Assembly: GCA_019414045.1 (NCBI GenBank)
Contig: DXMW01000018.1
Location: forward strand, 4,872-68,871
Length of the DNA: 64,000 nt
From: Collinsella sp.
GTDB lineage: Bacteria > Actinomycetota > Coriobacteriia > Coriobacteriales > Coriobacteriaceae
Direction: 5' to 3'
This document shows, piece after piece, positions 39,932-48,498 of the stretch (within the stretch, counting starts at the first letter, position 1; every line of letters starts with the position of its first letter). The notes under the pieces were generated by a model. It saw only the letters and a list, made by a program, of their open reading frames with translations, was not told the origin of the DNA and did not search any database. Both the position numbers and the translations under genes were made by a program.

Positions 39932-40180
39932 GGATTAGGACCGTCGACACCCGCGTCACCAATTTCCCCGCGGGGGGAGTTTTCGAATCCGCCCGGGGGC
40001 ACCAGAGATTTGCCGAGCCCGGTACCGCTACGGTGCCGGGCTCTTCTGGTCTAAGGGCAGGGTTCGAGCCGTCGACACCCGCGTCACCATTTTCCCCGCG
40101 GGGGGAGTTTTCGAATCCGCCCGGGGACACCAGAGATTGATCGAGCCCGGTACACCGTCACGGTACCGGGCTCTTCTGGT
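39932..40180. repeat. Two 128-bp tandem units derived from the tRNA 3' half
   Basis: Antisense copies at 39932 and 40060; sense ttcgaatccgcccgggg.cacca copies at 39982 and 40110. Confidence 0.85.
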
Positions 40181-40192
40181 TCATGTCATGTC

Positions 40193-40232
40193 AAAAACGA
40201 AGCGCCCGCTTGCTGGGGAAGCAAGCGGGCGC
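40193..40232 (-). terminator. Intrinsic terminator of the pknB operon
   Basis: gcgcccgcttgct/agcaagcgggcgc hairpin with T-rich tail on the minus strand. Confidence 0.75.
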
Positions 40233-40284
40233 CTGTGAGCGAATATGTTTGCGGCGAGAGCCGTGATGAGCGGTGGGGTGGCGA

Positions 40285-42246
40285 CTAGTTGGTCGTACCG
40301 GAATCGTCGCCCGTGCCCGAGCCAGAGCCCGAACCCGAACCAGAAAGTGCGACCGTCAGCGTAATCGTGCTGTCGGTGGACTGCTTGCCGGTGGGGGAGA
40401 CGCCCGTAACGGTGGCGTTTTCGTTGCCGCTCACGGGGTTGCCGTTCTGGTCGCAGAACGCGATGTTGTAGAACCCGGCGTTGTTGAGCGCGGTGACGGC
40501 GGCGGAGATGCTCTTGCCGTACAGGTTACCCGGAACGCTGGCCTTGCCGGACTTCTTGGCAATGACGACGGTAATCGTGGCGCCGGGCTTCTGCTTACCG
40601 CTGGGGTTCCAGCTGATCACGGTGCCCTCGGTAACCGAGTCGTTCTCCTGGTAGCTCACGTCGACGCCAAAGCCTGCCATATCGAGGGCGTTGCGCGCCT
40701 GGGCCTCGGTCATGTCGGTCAGGTCGGGGACGGACGTGGTATCCGGGCCGCTCGAGACCTTGTACGAGATGGTCGTGCCCTTCTCGACTTCCTTACCGGC
40801 GTCGGTGCCCTGCTCAAAGACCTGGCCTTCGTCGGCCTCGTTGGCCTCCTCGGTGGCGTTGCCCTTTAGGCCAACGCTTGCCAGTGCCGCCTCTGCCTGG
40901 TCCTTGGTCAGGCCGACAAGCTGGGGAACCTCAACCTTCTCGGAGGGCTTTGGGCCCTTGGAGATCACCAGGTTCACCTTGGTGCCTTTGGGCTTCTTGG
41001 TGTTGCCGTTGGGGGTCTGCTCGGCAACCTTGCCCTCGTCGACATCGTCGTTATAGCTCTGGTCGATGGTGCCGACCTCAAGGCCTTCCTCCTTGATCAG
41101 CTCGACGGCAGTCTGCTGGTCCTTGCCCAGCACGTCGGGCACGGTGACCTGTTCGCCGCCAAAGAGTCCTGTGGCAAAGGCCACCACGATGCCGATGACG
41201 GCAACGGCTGCCACCACAGCGGCGATAATCTTGTTCTTGTTGGATTTGGGCTTTTCGACCTCGTAGGAGCCGGTGGAGCCCGAAACTGAGCTACGGGCGG
41301 TATTCTGGCCGCTCACGCCCGAGACGGGACGCACCATGGCGCGCGTCTGATCGGAAAGCTCGCGAGTCTTGGTGGCGCCCAGCTCACCGGGGGCACCGAT
41401 GATGCGCGTGGGCTCCGAGATGTTGACGGCACGGCCCGATAGGTAGCTGTTGAGCACCTGACGCAGCTCGTCGGCGGTCTGGAAGCGGTTTGCCGGATCC
41501 TTCTCCATGCACTTGAGGATGATGCGCTCAAGGTCGGCGTCGACACCGGAGTTGATCTGGCTTGGCGGAATAGGCAGCTCGTTGACCTGCTTGAGTGCGA
41601 CCGAGATAGCGTCGTCACCGTCAAAGGGAACGCGGCCGGTGGCGCACTCGTACATCACGACGCCCAGCGAGTAGATATCCGAGGTGGGGCCGAGGTCCTG
41701 ACCGCGGGTCTGCTCGGGGCTGACGTAGTGGGCAGTTCCCAGCACGTTGTTGTCTTGCGTGAGGTGGCTGTTCTTGGCGCGCGCGATGCCAAAGTCCATG
41801 ACCTTGATGTTGCCGTCGGGCAGCACCATGATGTTCTGCGGCTTAATGTCGCGGTGGATGATCTCGTGCTTGTGGGCGACCGAGAGTGCAGAGCTGATCT
41901 GCGATCCGATCTGGGCGACCTTCTTGGGGTCGAGGGCGCCGTGGCTCTTGATGCCGCTCTTAAGGTCAGTGCCGCGCAGGTACTCCATGACGATGTAATA
42001 GGTGTCGCCGTCCTTGCCCCAATCGTAGACGCCCACGATATAGGGGGAGGAGAGACCGGCTGCTGCCTGGGCCTCCTGCTTAAAGCGTGCGGCGAAGGTT
42101 GCGTCACCGGCATACTGCGGCAGCATGATCTTGACGGCTACCGTGCGGTCGAGGACCTGGTCCTGTGCACGGTAGACGGTCGCCATGCCGCCTGTTCCCA
42201 CCTTATCCTTGAGGAGGTATCTTCCCCCGAGGACCCTCTGTTCCAT
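40285..42246 (-). CDS. pknB: PASTA-domain Ser/Thr kinase PknB
   Basis: GTGGMA, VAVK, HRDIKPQN, DFG, GTAHYVSPE; TM helix; about 4 PASTA repeats. Confidence 0.96.
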   Translation of the reverse strand: MEQRVLGGRYLLKDKVGTGGMATVYRAQDQVLDRTVAVKIMLPQYAGDATFAARFKQEAQAAAGLSSPYIVGVYDWGKDGDTYYIVMEYLRGTDLKSGIKSHGALDPKKVAQIGSQISSALSVAHKHEIIHRDIKPQNIMVLPDGNIKVMDFGIARAKNSHLTQDNNVLGTAHYVSPEQTRGQDLGPTSDIYSLGVVMYECATGRVPFDGDDAISVALKQVNELPIPPSQINSGVDADLERIILKCMEKDPANRFQTADELRQVLNSYLSGRAVNISEPTRIIGAPGELGATKTRELSDQTRAMVRPVSGVSGQNTARSSVSGSTGSYEVEKPKSNKNKIIAAVVAAVAVIGIVVAFATGLFGGEQVTVPDVLGKDQQTAVELIKEEGLEVGTIDQSYNDDVDEGKVAEQTPNGNTKKPKGTKVNLVISKGPKPSEKVEVPQLVGLTKDQAEAALASVGLKGNATEEANEADEGQVFEQGTDAGKEVEKGTTISYKVSSGPDTTSVPDLTDMTEAQARNALDMAGFGVDVSYQENDSVTEGTVISWNPSGKQKPGATITVVIAKKSGKASVPGNLYGKSISAAVTALNNAGFYNIAFCDQNGNPVSGNENATVTGVSPTGKQSTDSTITLTVALSGSGSGSGSGTGDDSGTTN

Positions 42247-42378
42247 TCCTGCTCCTAACATAACTATTCGCTCAACGATGTGTGTAGTACCTACGATGTG
42301 GCCGCTGGGGCCGTGTGGCGCGTTGCCGCTAACTCTTCGGCCGCGGCGCGCCTCGGGTGTCCGATTCGATCATGGGCA

Positions 42379-45249
42379 TCACGCTCCCTGTGCGGCGAGC
42401 GCCGCGGTCAGGACGATGCCGGCGATCTTGGCGGCCTTGACGTCATGCTTGTCGTAATCCTCTAAGGCCACCGAGATAGCGACCGTGGGTGAATCGTAAG
42501 GTGCAAAGCCAACGAACATCGAGTTGACGTTGGTGCCGCCGGTTTCGGCCGAGCCGGTCTTGCCGGCGACCTTGACGCCGGGGATTTGGGCATCGGTGCC
42601 GGTGCCGGACTGGACGACGGCAAGCATGGCCTGCTTGACCTGGTCGGCCGTGGCGGAGCTGACGGCCTGACCCAGCGAGCGGGACTGCGTGGTCTTGACC
42701 ACAGTTCCGTCCGGGGCGAGTACCTGGGCTACAAAGTACGGGTCCATGACCACGCCACTGTTAGCGATGGCGGCGGCAATCACGGCGTTTTGCATGACGG
42801 TGGTCTGCGGGCCGGGCGTGTGGTCCATGCCGACAGGCTGGCCGGCGCCGGCCCAAGCGGTCTCCCACTCGGTCATGAGCGACGGGTCTGCCATGATGGA
42901 GGCCGCGGAGGTCAGGTCCTGGCCGAGCTTTTGGCCGTAGCCAAAGGCGTTGGCAAACTGCACGAGCGTGTTTGCGCCAACTTCGTTTGCCACCTGGCCA
43001 AAGACGACGTTGGAGGACACGGCAAAGGCCTGCTGCAGGCTGATGGTGCCGTAGCTCTCGTTGGCATAGTTGGTGACCGGTGCGTTGCCGATGTCCATGG
43101 AGCCGGGCGCCTGGTAGGTGCTGGTAAGGCTGGCGGTGCCGGTCTCGAGTGCCGCGGAAAGCGTAACGACCTTAAACGTGGAGCCCGGCGTGTACAGCGC
43201 GTCCATGGCGCGATTGTACATAGAGCCGTCCTCGCCGCCGCCAGCCTGCAGTAGGGCGTCGATGTTGGTGTTGTCGTAGGTGGGCGAGCTGGCACATGCG
43301 AGCACCGCGCCGGTACGCGGGTCGATGACCACTACAGCGCCCTTAAAGCCCTTGAGTGCCTGCTCGGCCGCCGTCTGGATGCGCGAGTCGATGGTGAGCT
43401 TGGCGGTGTTGCCCGGCTGGGTCTGGCCCGCGAGCGACGCGATGGCGTTGTTCCAGCTGGAGTAGTCCTTAGAACCGGTGAGCGTGTCGTTCATGACGCT
43501 CTCGATGGCGGTGGTGCCATACTGCTGGCTCACGTAGCCAACCACGTGCGCTGCCAGGTTACCGTTGGGGTAGGAGCGTACGTAGGTGCCGTCCTCCTGC
43601 TGCAGCGACTCGGCCAGCGTCACGCCGTCGGACGTGATGATGGAGCCGCGCTGGATGTACTTGGAGCGGGCGATGGTGTGGTTGTTGGTCGGCATGTCCT
43701 GATAGTCCTTGGCCTTAATGACCTGGACATAGGTGAGGTTGCCGATAAGGATGGCGAACAGCGCCGTAAAGGCGAGCACCGCACGGGTTAGACGGTTGGC
43801 GAGCGCAACGCGGCCGAGCACACCGGATTCAGGCGTGTCGAGCAGGCGACGGCGCATGCGCGAGCCGACGGAATGGCTGCCGCTGCCGTAGGAAGACGAG
43901 GTGGCAAAGCGCGTGCCCGTCGGGGCGGCGGCAGATGCGACCTGATCATCGGTGATGGCGGCCATGGTGCCGGTGCCGGTAAGCTCGGCCTCGCGTCCGG
44001 TCGCCTCGTCACCGGCGCGCAGCAGGAGCGCGACGATGATAAAGCTTGCCAGCAGCGAGGAACCGCCCTGGCTCATAAAGGGTAGGGTGACGCCGGTCAG
44101 CGGGATCAGGCGGGTAACGCCGCCCACGATTAAAAAGGCCTGGAAGCTGATGGCGGCCGTAAGGCCCGTGGCGCTAAAGGCGGCGAGGTCGGATTTAGCG
44201 CGGGCAGCCGTGGTGAGGCCACGCACGGCAAAGAGCATAAACAGGATGAGCACGGCGCCGCCGCCCAAAAGGCCCATCTCCTCGCCGATGGCCGAGAAGA
44301 TAAAGTCGGACTCGACGACAGGGATGTTGTTGGCCATGCCGTTGCCGATACCAACACCGACCAGGCCGCCATCGGCAAGCGAGAAGAGCGACTGGACGAT
44401 CTGGTAGCCCTGGCCCTGGGCGTCCTTAAACGGATCGACCCAAACCTGGAAACGCACCTGAACGTGAGACAGGAACTTGTAGGCGCCCACGGCTCCAACG
44501 GCTAAGAGCGCAAGGCCGATAACGACATACGAGAATCGTCCCGTGGCAACGTAGAGCATCAGCAAGAAGATGGTGTAGAACAGCACGGCCGAACCCAGAT
44601 CGCGTTCGAAGACGACGACGAGCAGGCACACACCCCACACGGCAAACAGCGGCAGCAGCAGTCGCAGGCGAGGGATCTTAAAGCCCAGGATCTTGCGGTT
44701 GGAGATGGAGAGCAGCTCGCGGTTCTCGGCCAGGTACCCGGCCAGGAACAGCACGATAAAGACCTTGGCGAACTCGCCGGGCTGGATGGTAAAGCCCGCG
44801 ATGCGAATCCACAGCTTGGAGCCCGAGATCGTGGTGCCGATAAAGATAGGCAGCATCAACAGAATGATGCCGATAATGCCAAAGGTGTACTTGTAGCGCA
44901 TGACTACGTCGAGGTTCTTAACCAACGCGAGCGTTCCCACCATCAGGGCCACCGAGACAAACAGGATGATGAGCTGTGAGATGGCGAGAGCGGGGGCGAG
45001 ACGCGTCACGAACGTGATGCCGATGCCCGAAAGCACAAAGACAATGGGCAGGATGGCGGGGTCGGCACCGGGCGCCAAGATGCGCACGGCAATGTGGGCC
45101 GCGGCAAAGGCGGCAAAGAGGCCGATCGGTACGGCGAGCGTCTCAAAGGAGATGGCAGCGCCCGCGGTGAGGACGTACATCGCATACAGCAGGATGACGG
45201 GGAACGCCGAGGCGATGAGCAAGAGCAGCTCGGTGTTGCGGCGACTCAT
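42379..45249 (-). CDS. Fused SEDS glycosyltransferase (RodA/FtsW) and class B penicillin-binding protein (PbpA)
   Basis: QPGEFAK, DLG, DFIF, GVTLPFMSQGGSS, then PGSTFK, SSN and KTG motifs in one ORF. Confidence 0.93.
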   Translation of the reverse strand: MSRRNTELLLLIASAFPVILLYAMYVLTAGAAISFETLAVPIGLFAAFAAAHIAVRILAPGADPAILPIVFVLSGIGITFVTRLAPALAISQLIILFVSVALMVGTLALVKNLDVVMRYKYTFGIIGIILLMLPIFIGTTISGSKLWIRIAGFTIQPGEFAKVFIVLFLAGYLAENRELLSISNRKILGFKIPRLRLLLPLFAVWGVCLLVVVFERDLGSAVLFYTIFLLMLYVATGRFSYVVIGLALLAVGAVGAYKFLSHVQVRFQVWVDPFKDAQGQGYQIVQSLFSLADGGLVGVGIGNGMANNIPVVESDFIFSAIGEEMGLLGGGAVLILFMLFAVRGLTTAARAKSDLAAFSATGLTAAISFQAFLIVGGVTRLIPLTGVTLPFMSQGGSSLLASFIIVALLLRAGDEATGREAELTGTGTMAAITDDQVASAAAPTGTRFATSSSYGSGSHSVGSRMRRRLLDTPESGVLGRVALANRLTRAVLAFTALFAILIGNLTYVQVIKAKDYQDMPTNNHTIARSKYIQRGSIITSDGVTLAESLQQEDGTYVRSYPNGNLAAHVVGYVSQQYGTTAIESVMNDTLTGSKDYSSWNNAIASLAGQTQPGNTAKLTIDSRIQTAAEQALKGFKGAVVVIDPRTGAVLACASSPTYDNTNIDALLQAGGGEDGSMYNRAMDALYTPGSTFKVVTLSAALETGTASLTSTYQAPGSMDIGNAPVTNYANESYGTISLQQAFAVSSNVVFGQVANEVGANTLVQFANAFGYGQKLGQDLTSAASIMADPSLMTEWETAWAGAGQPVGMDHTPGPQTTVMQNAVIAAAIANSGVVMDPYFVAQVLAPDGTVVKTTQSRSLGQAVSSATADQVKQAMLAVVQSGTGTDAQIPGVKVAGKTGSAETGGTNVNSMFVGFAPYDSPTVAISVALEDYDKHDVKAAKIAGIVLTAALAAQGA

Positions 45250-45265
45250 AAGCGGCACTCCCTTT

Positions 45266-47065
45266 CTAGTTCTTTTCGGAGGCTTCGGCCTCGGCGGACT
45301 GTTCGGCGGTTTTCTCGGAATCTGATTCGGAGGTCGATCCCTGGTCGGTGTTGTCGCGAATCGTTTGCGCGTCGATCACCTGGCGGGTCTGCTCCTCGTC
45401 GATCTGGTGGCGGTACTTGGATATCGTGTCCTGCGCATCGTCGACACTTGTTTGCGGAATGCCCGCCTTGAGGCGGTTTTGCGTGTCTTCGGGCAGGTCG
45501 GACAGCTTGATACTGGTTTCGCTTTCGAGCCAGTGGAGCTTGAGTCCGAGCGGCTTGCCGGGCAGGCCGCGCCAGACGGCGACATTGCCCTGGTAGGTAC
45601 CCAGGTAGTACGAGCCGGTGACACCCGTGTAGGCCCAGATGGCAGCCGCCAGCACCAAGACGAGACCTAAGACGACGCCGATGGTGACGTTGCGGCGACG
45701 CACGCGTTGCGCCTCGCGCATAACGCCATCGTCAACCAGGTCAACGACTACTACGGTCACGTTGTCGTGGCCGCCGGCGGCAAGCGCCGCGTCCACTAGG
45801 TTGTCGACGCAGATTTGCGCGGTTGAGGACTGCGTGGCGATGTTCTCGATATCGCTATCGGGAATCATGCTCGAAAGGCCGTCGGAGCACAGGATCAGGC
45901 GGTCGCCTTCCTCGATATGCAGAGTGAAGTGGTCGGCATACATGGCGGGGTCCGAGCCCAGCGCACGGGTGATGACCGAGCGGTTTGGGTGGACGCGAGC
46001 CTCGTCTGCCGTAATCTCACCGGCGTCCACGAGCTCCTCCACGTAGGAGTGGTCGCGGGTCACGCGGATGAGCGTGCCCTCGTGGAGCAGGTAGGCGCGA
46101 GAGTCACCCACGTGGGCGATGGCGAGCGTGTCGTTTTCGATATAGGCGCAAGTGGCTGTGCAGCCCATGCCGGGCTTGCCCAGGCCGTTCAGGGCCGCCT
46201 CGATTACGGCGGCGTTGGCTGCCTCGACGGCTGCGGCCAGGCGTGCTGCGTCGGCGGACTGCGGGGCCGTCTTGGCAATAGTCTCGACGGCAATGGAAGA
46301 GGCTACCTCGCCGGCGGCGTGACCGCCCATGCCGTCGCATACGCAAAAGAGCGGCGACTGCACCAGGTAGGAATCCTCATTGTGCGGGCGTACGCAGCCA
46401 ACGTCAGAGCGGGCGCCCCACATGAGTTGCGTGGTGGTGCCGGCATCATAGGTCGAGTCGGTCTCGATGCGCTCCTCGGTCAGGGGCTCAAAGCTCATGG
46501 TCGAGCCGGGGTCTTTGAGCTTGGTCTCAACGGCGGCAACGTCGATCTCGGCTGTGTCACCGGGAGAGACGGTGTCGGTCTCGGCGTTTGATTCGGAATC
46601 GCCGGTGTCCGGGGAGCCGGGCTCCTCGGGCGCGCGGGCGGTCGACTCGTCGTCTTGCGGGCTGACGTCTATAGGCTCGGGCGCCGGCGTAGACGCGGGC
46701 GCAACCTCGGATGCCGGGGCTATGGGAAACGCCGGCGCGGCGGGCTCGGGTGCCGCAAACACCGCAGCGCTCTCGTTGATTGCCGCGGCGACAGGCTCTG
46801 CAAAGTGAGCCGGCGCCGAGGTTGCTTCGGGCGCTGTGGGCTGTTCCGCGGCATGTGCGCCGATGGGCGCCGCTACGGCATCCTCTTCGTCCTCGTTATC
46901 GGCGAGATCCGAAATATCATGCGTTACATGCGAAAGAGGCAGGGAGAACACGGTGTCCTCGGGTTCCACGGGTGCGGAGCCCGCCGGAGCGGCGTGGGCC
47001 GCCGCAGCTGTGGCGGCAGCCGGTGCCTCGGTCATAGTCGCGGACTTGTTCTCCTCGTCGATCAT
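45266..47065 (-). CDS. pstP: PP2C Ser/Thr phosphatase (PstP/Stp1) with long N-terminal low-complexity extension and C-terminal TM
   Basis: NED, DGMGGH, HVGDSR, DHS, CSDGL, GGHDN motifs. Confidence 0.92.
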   Translation of the reverse strand: MIDEENKSATMTEAPAAATAAAAHAAPAGSAPVEPEDTVFSLPLSHVTHDISDLADNEDEEDAVAAPIGAHAAEQPTAPEATSAPAHFAEPVAAAINESAAVFAAPEPAAPAFPIAPASEVAPASTPAPEPIDVSPQDDESTARAPEEPGSPDTGDSESNAETDTVSPGDTAEIDVAAVETKLKDPGSTMSFEPLTEERIETDSTYDAGTTTQLMWGARSDVGCVRPHNEDSYLVQSPLFCVCDGMGGHAAGEVASSIAVETIAKTAPQSADAARLAAAVEAANAAVIEAALNGLGKPGMGCTATCAYIENDTLAIAHVGDSRAYLLHEGTLIRVTRDHSYVEELVDAGEITADEARVHPNRSVITRALGSDPAMYADHFTLHIEEGDRLILCSDGLSSMIPDSDIENIATQSSTAQICVDNLVDAALAAGGHDNVTVVVVDLVDDGVMREAQRVRRRNVTIGVVLGLVLVLAAAIWAYTGVTGSYYLGTYQGNVAVWRGLPGKPLGLKLHWLESETSIKLSDLPEDTQNRLKAGIPQTSVDDAQDTISKYRHQIDEEQTRQVIDAQTIRDNTDQGSTSESDSEKTAEQSAEAEASEKN

Positions 47066-47478
47066 CGACGGTTCACCTTCATGACCACATCGCCAATCTG
47101 GACTTCGTCGCCCTCGCGCAGCGTTGCGGGCTCCACAAGCTGGCGGCCGTTGACGAGCGTGCCGTTAAGCGAGTTGAGGTCCTCGATGATGAGCGCCGGG
47201 CCCTGCAGCGAAAAGCGCGCATGCGAGGCCGAGACGAATGGTTCGTTGATGCAGATGTCCGAAGACGGCGAGCGACCGACGATGACGGGGCCGAGCATGT
47301 CTACGTGGATGCCGCGGATACCGCGCGGACCCTTGTCCACATCGATCGTCCAGATAGCCGAGTCGCGACGCTGCCCGCGCACAAGTCCCACGCCGGTCTT
47401 CATGACGGCGAACAGGAAGATATAGAGCAGGGCGACCAGGACGATGCGGCCTGCAAAAAGGACGATATCGATGTTCAT
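47062..47478 (-). CDS. fhaB: Membrane-anchored FHA-domain protein
   Basis: N-terminal TM; GR...VSASHA...DLNSLNGT. Confidence 0.88.
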   Translation of the reverse strand: MNIDIVLFAGRIVLVALLYIFLFAVMKTGVGLVRGQRRDSAIWTIDVDKGPRGIRGIHVDMLGPVIVGRSPSSDICINEPFVSASHARFSLQGPALIIEDLNSLNGTLVNGRQLVEPATLREGDEVQIGDVVMKVNRR

Positions 47479-47484
47479 AAGAGA

Positions 47485-48498
47485 CTATCCCCTAAATTCA
47501 AAGGTGCTCAGGCCAAACGTCAGCAGATCGCCGTTGCGCAGCGGGCAGCGCGTAATGCGGCGGTTGTTGACGAGCGTGCCGTTGGTGGAATTGAGATCCT
47601 CGATCGACCAATCCGAGCCCGTAAAGGTGAGCTGGGCGTGGCGGCGCGACACGTTGGGGTCGCGCAGGGCAATGTCGGAAACTGAGCGCTCGCGACCGAT
47701 GGTCACCTGTGCGGAGGTGATGCTATGGCTCTCGCCGCTCACGACGTCGACGAGCTGGGCGAGCGGGCGCTGCGGGGCGCGAGTGCTCGCCATGTTGGAG
47801 GCGATGCCGGCTGCGGCGCCTAGGCCCACGGCGGCGCCGGTCGCGGCGGCTCCGCCCATGCCGGCAAGCGCGTCGCGCGAGACGGTCTGCGGCACCGGGA
47901 TGGGTGCGGCGGCGGGGTCGGGGACGCTAGGCGCGAAGGGGTCTGCCATGGCAAGCGGGTCGGGAGCGGCGGCGCGAGGCGTCGGTTGCTGCTGGGGCAT
48001 GGCGGCGGGGCGCTGCTGCTGCGGGGCAGCAAACTGCTGCTGGCCGGCGCGCGGGGCGCTGGCGGCACGGCTTGCCGCGGAGTTGTTTTGGCCCAGACCG
48101 TTTTGATAGGCGCGCTCTTCTTCGTACAGGCGGCCGAGCGTGGGGGCATCGACGTTCTCGGCAAAGACCGAGAACTTGCCGGCGCGCAGCTGCGGATCGA
48201 TCATAAAGCGCACGAGGGGCTCGCCGACAAAGACATAACGGCGCTTTTCGGCCTGCGCCTTCACAAACTCGCGGACCTCGCGCGAAAGCTCGGGGTAGAA
48301 CGGGGCGAGCATGGGATCGTCGTCGGCGGCGATCAGGATGGTATAGAGTGCCGGCGCCGTGTTGACGCCATTGATCACCAGAGTCTGATCCTCCATGTCG
48401 CGAGCGGCCTGCTTGGCAAGCTTCTTAAAGGAGAACGGGGCACGGGTGGCACCGAAGATGCCGGCCACGTGGTCCTCGAAGATGTTCAGGAAGTTCAC
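47485..48498 (-). CDS. fhaA: DUF3662 + FHA-domain protein
   Basis: C-terminal IGR...VSRRHA...STNGT; Pro/Ala/Gln linker; conserved cluster position. Confidence 0.88.
   Translation of the reverse strand: MNFLNIFEDHVAGIFGATRAPFSFKKLAKQAARDMEDQTLVINGVNTAPALYTILIAADDDPMLAPFYPELSREVREFVKAQAEKRRYVFVGEPLVRFMIDPQLRAGKFSVFAENVDAPTLGRLYEEERAYQNGLGQNNSAASRAASAPRAGQQQFAAPQQQRPAAMPQQQPTPRAAAPDPLAMADPFAPSVPDPAAAPIPVPQTVSRDALAGMGGAAATGAAVGLGAAAGIASNMASTRAPQRPLAQLVDVVSGESHSITSAQVTIGRERSVSDIALRDPNVSRRHAQLTFTGSDWSIEDLNSTNGTLVNNRRITRCPLRNGDLLTFGLSTFEFRG

Noticed and set aside
39982..40132. Additional tRNA genes
   Set aside because: Only the 3' 23 nt are present; no D arm or anticodon arm
40300..40345. Short tandem DNA repeat at the pknB 3' end
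   Set aside because: Simply encodes a (GS)n tail
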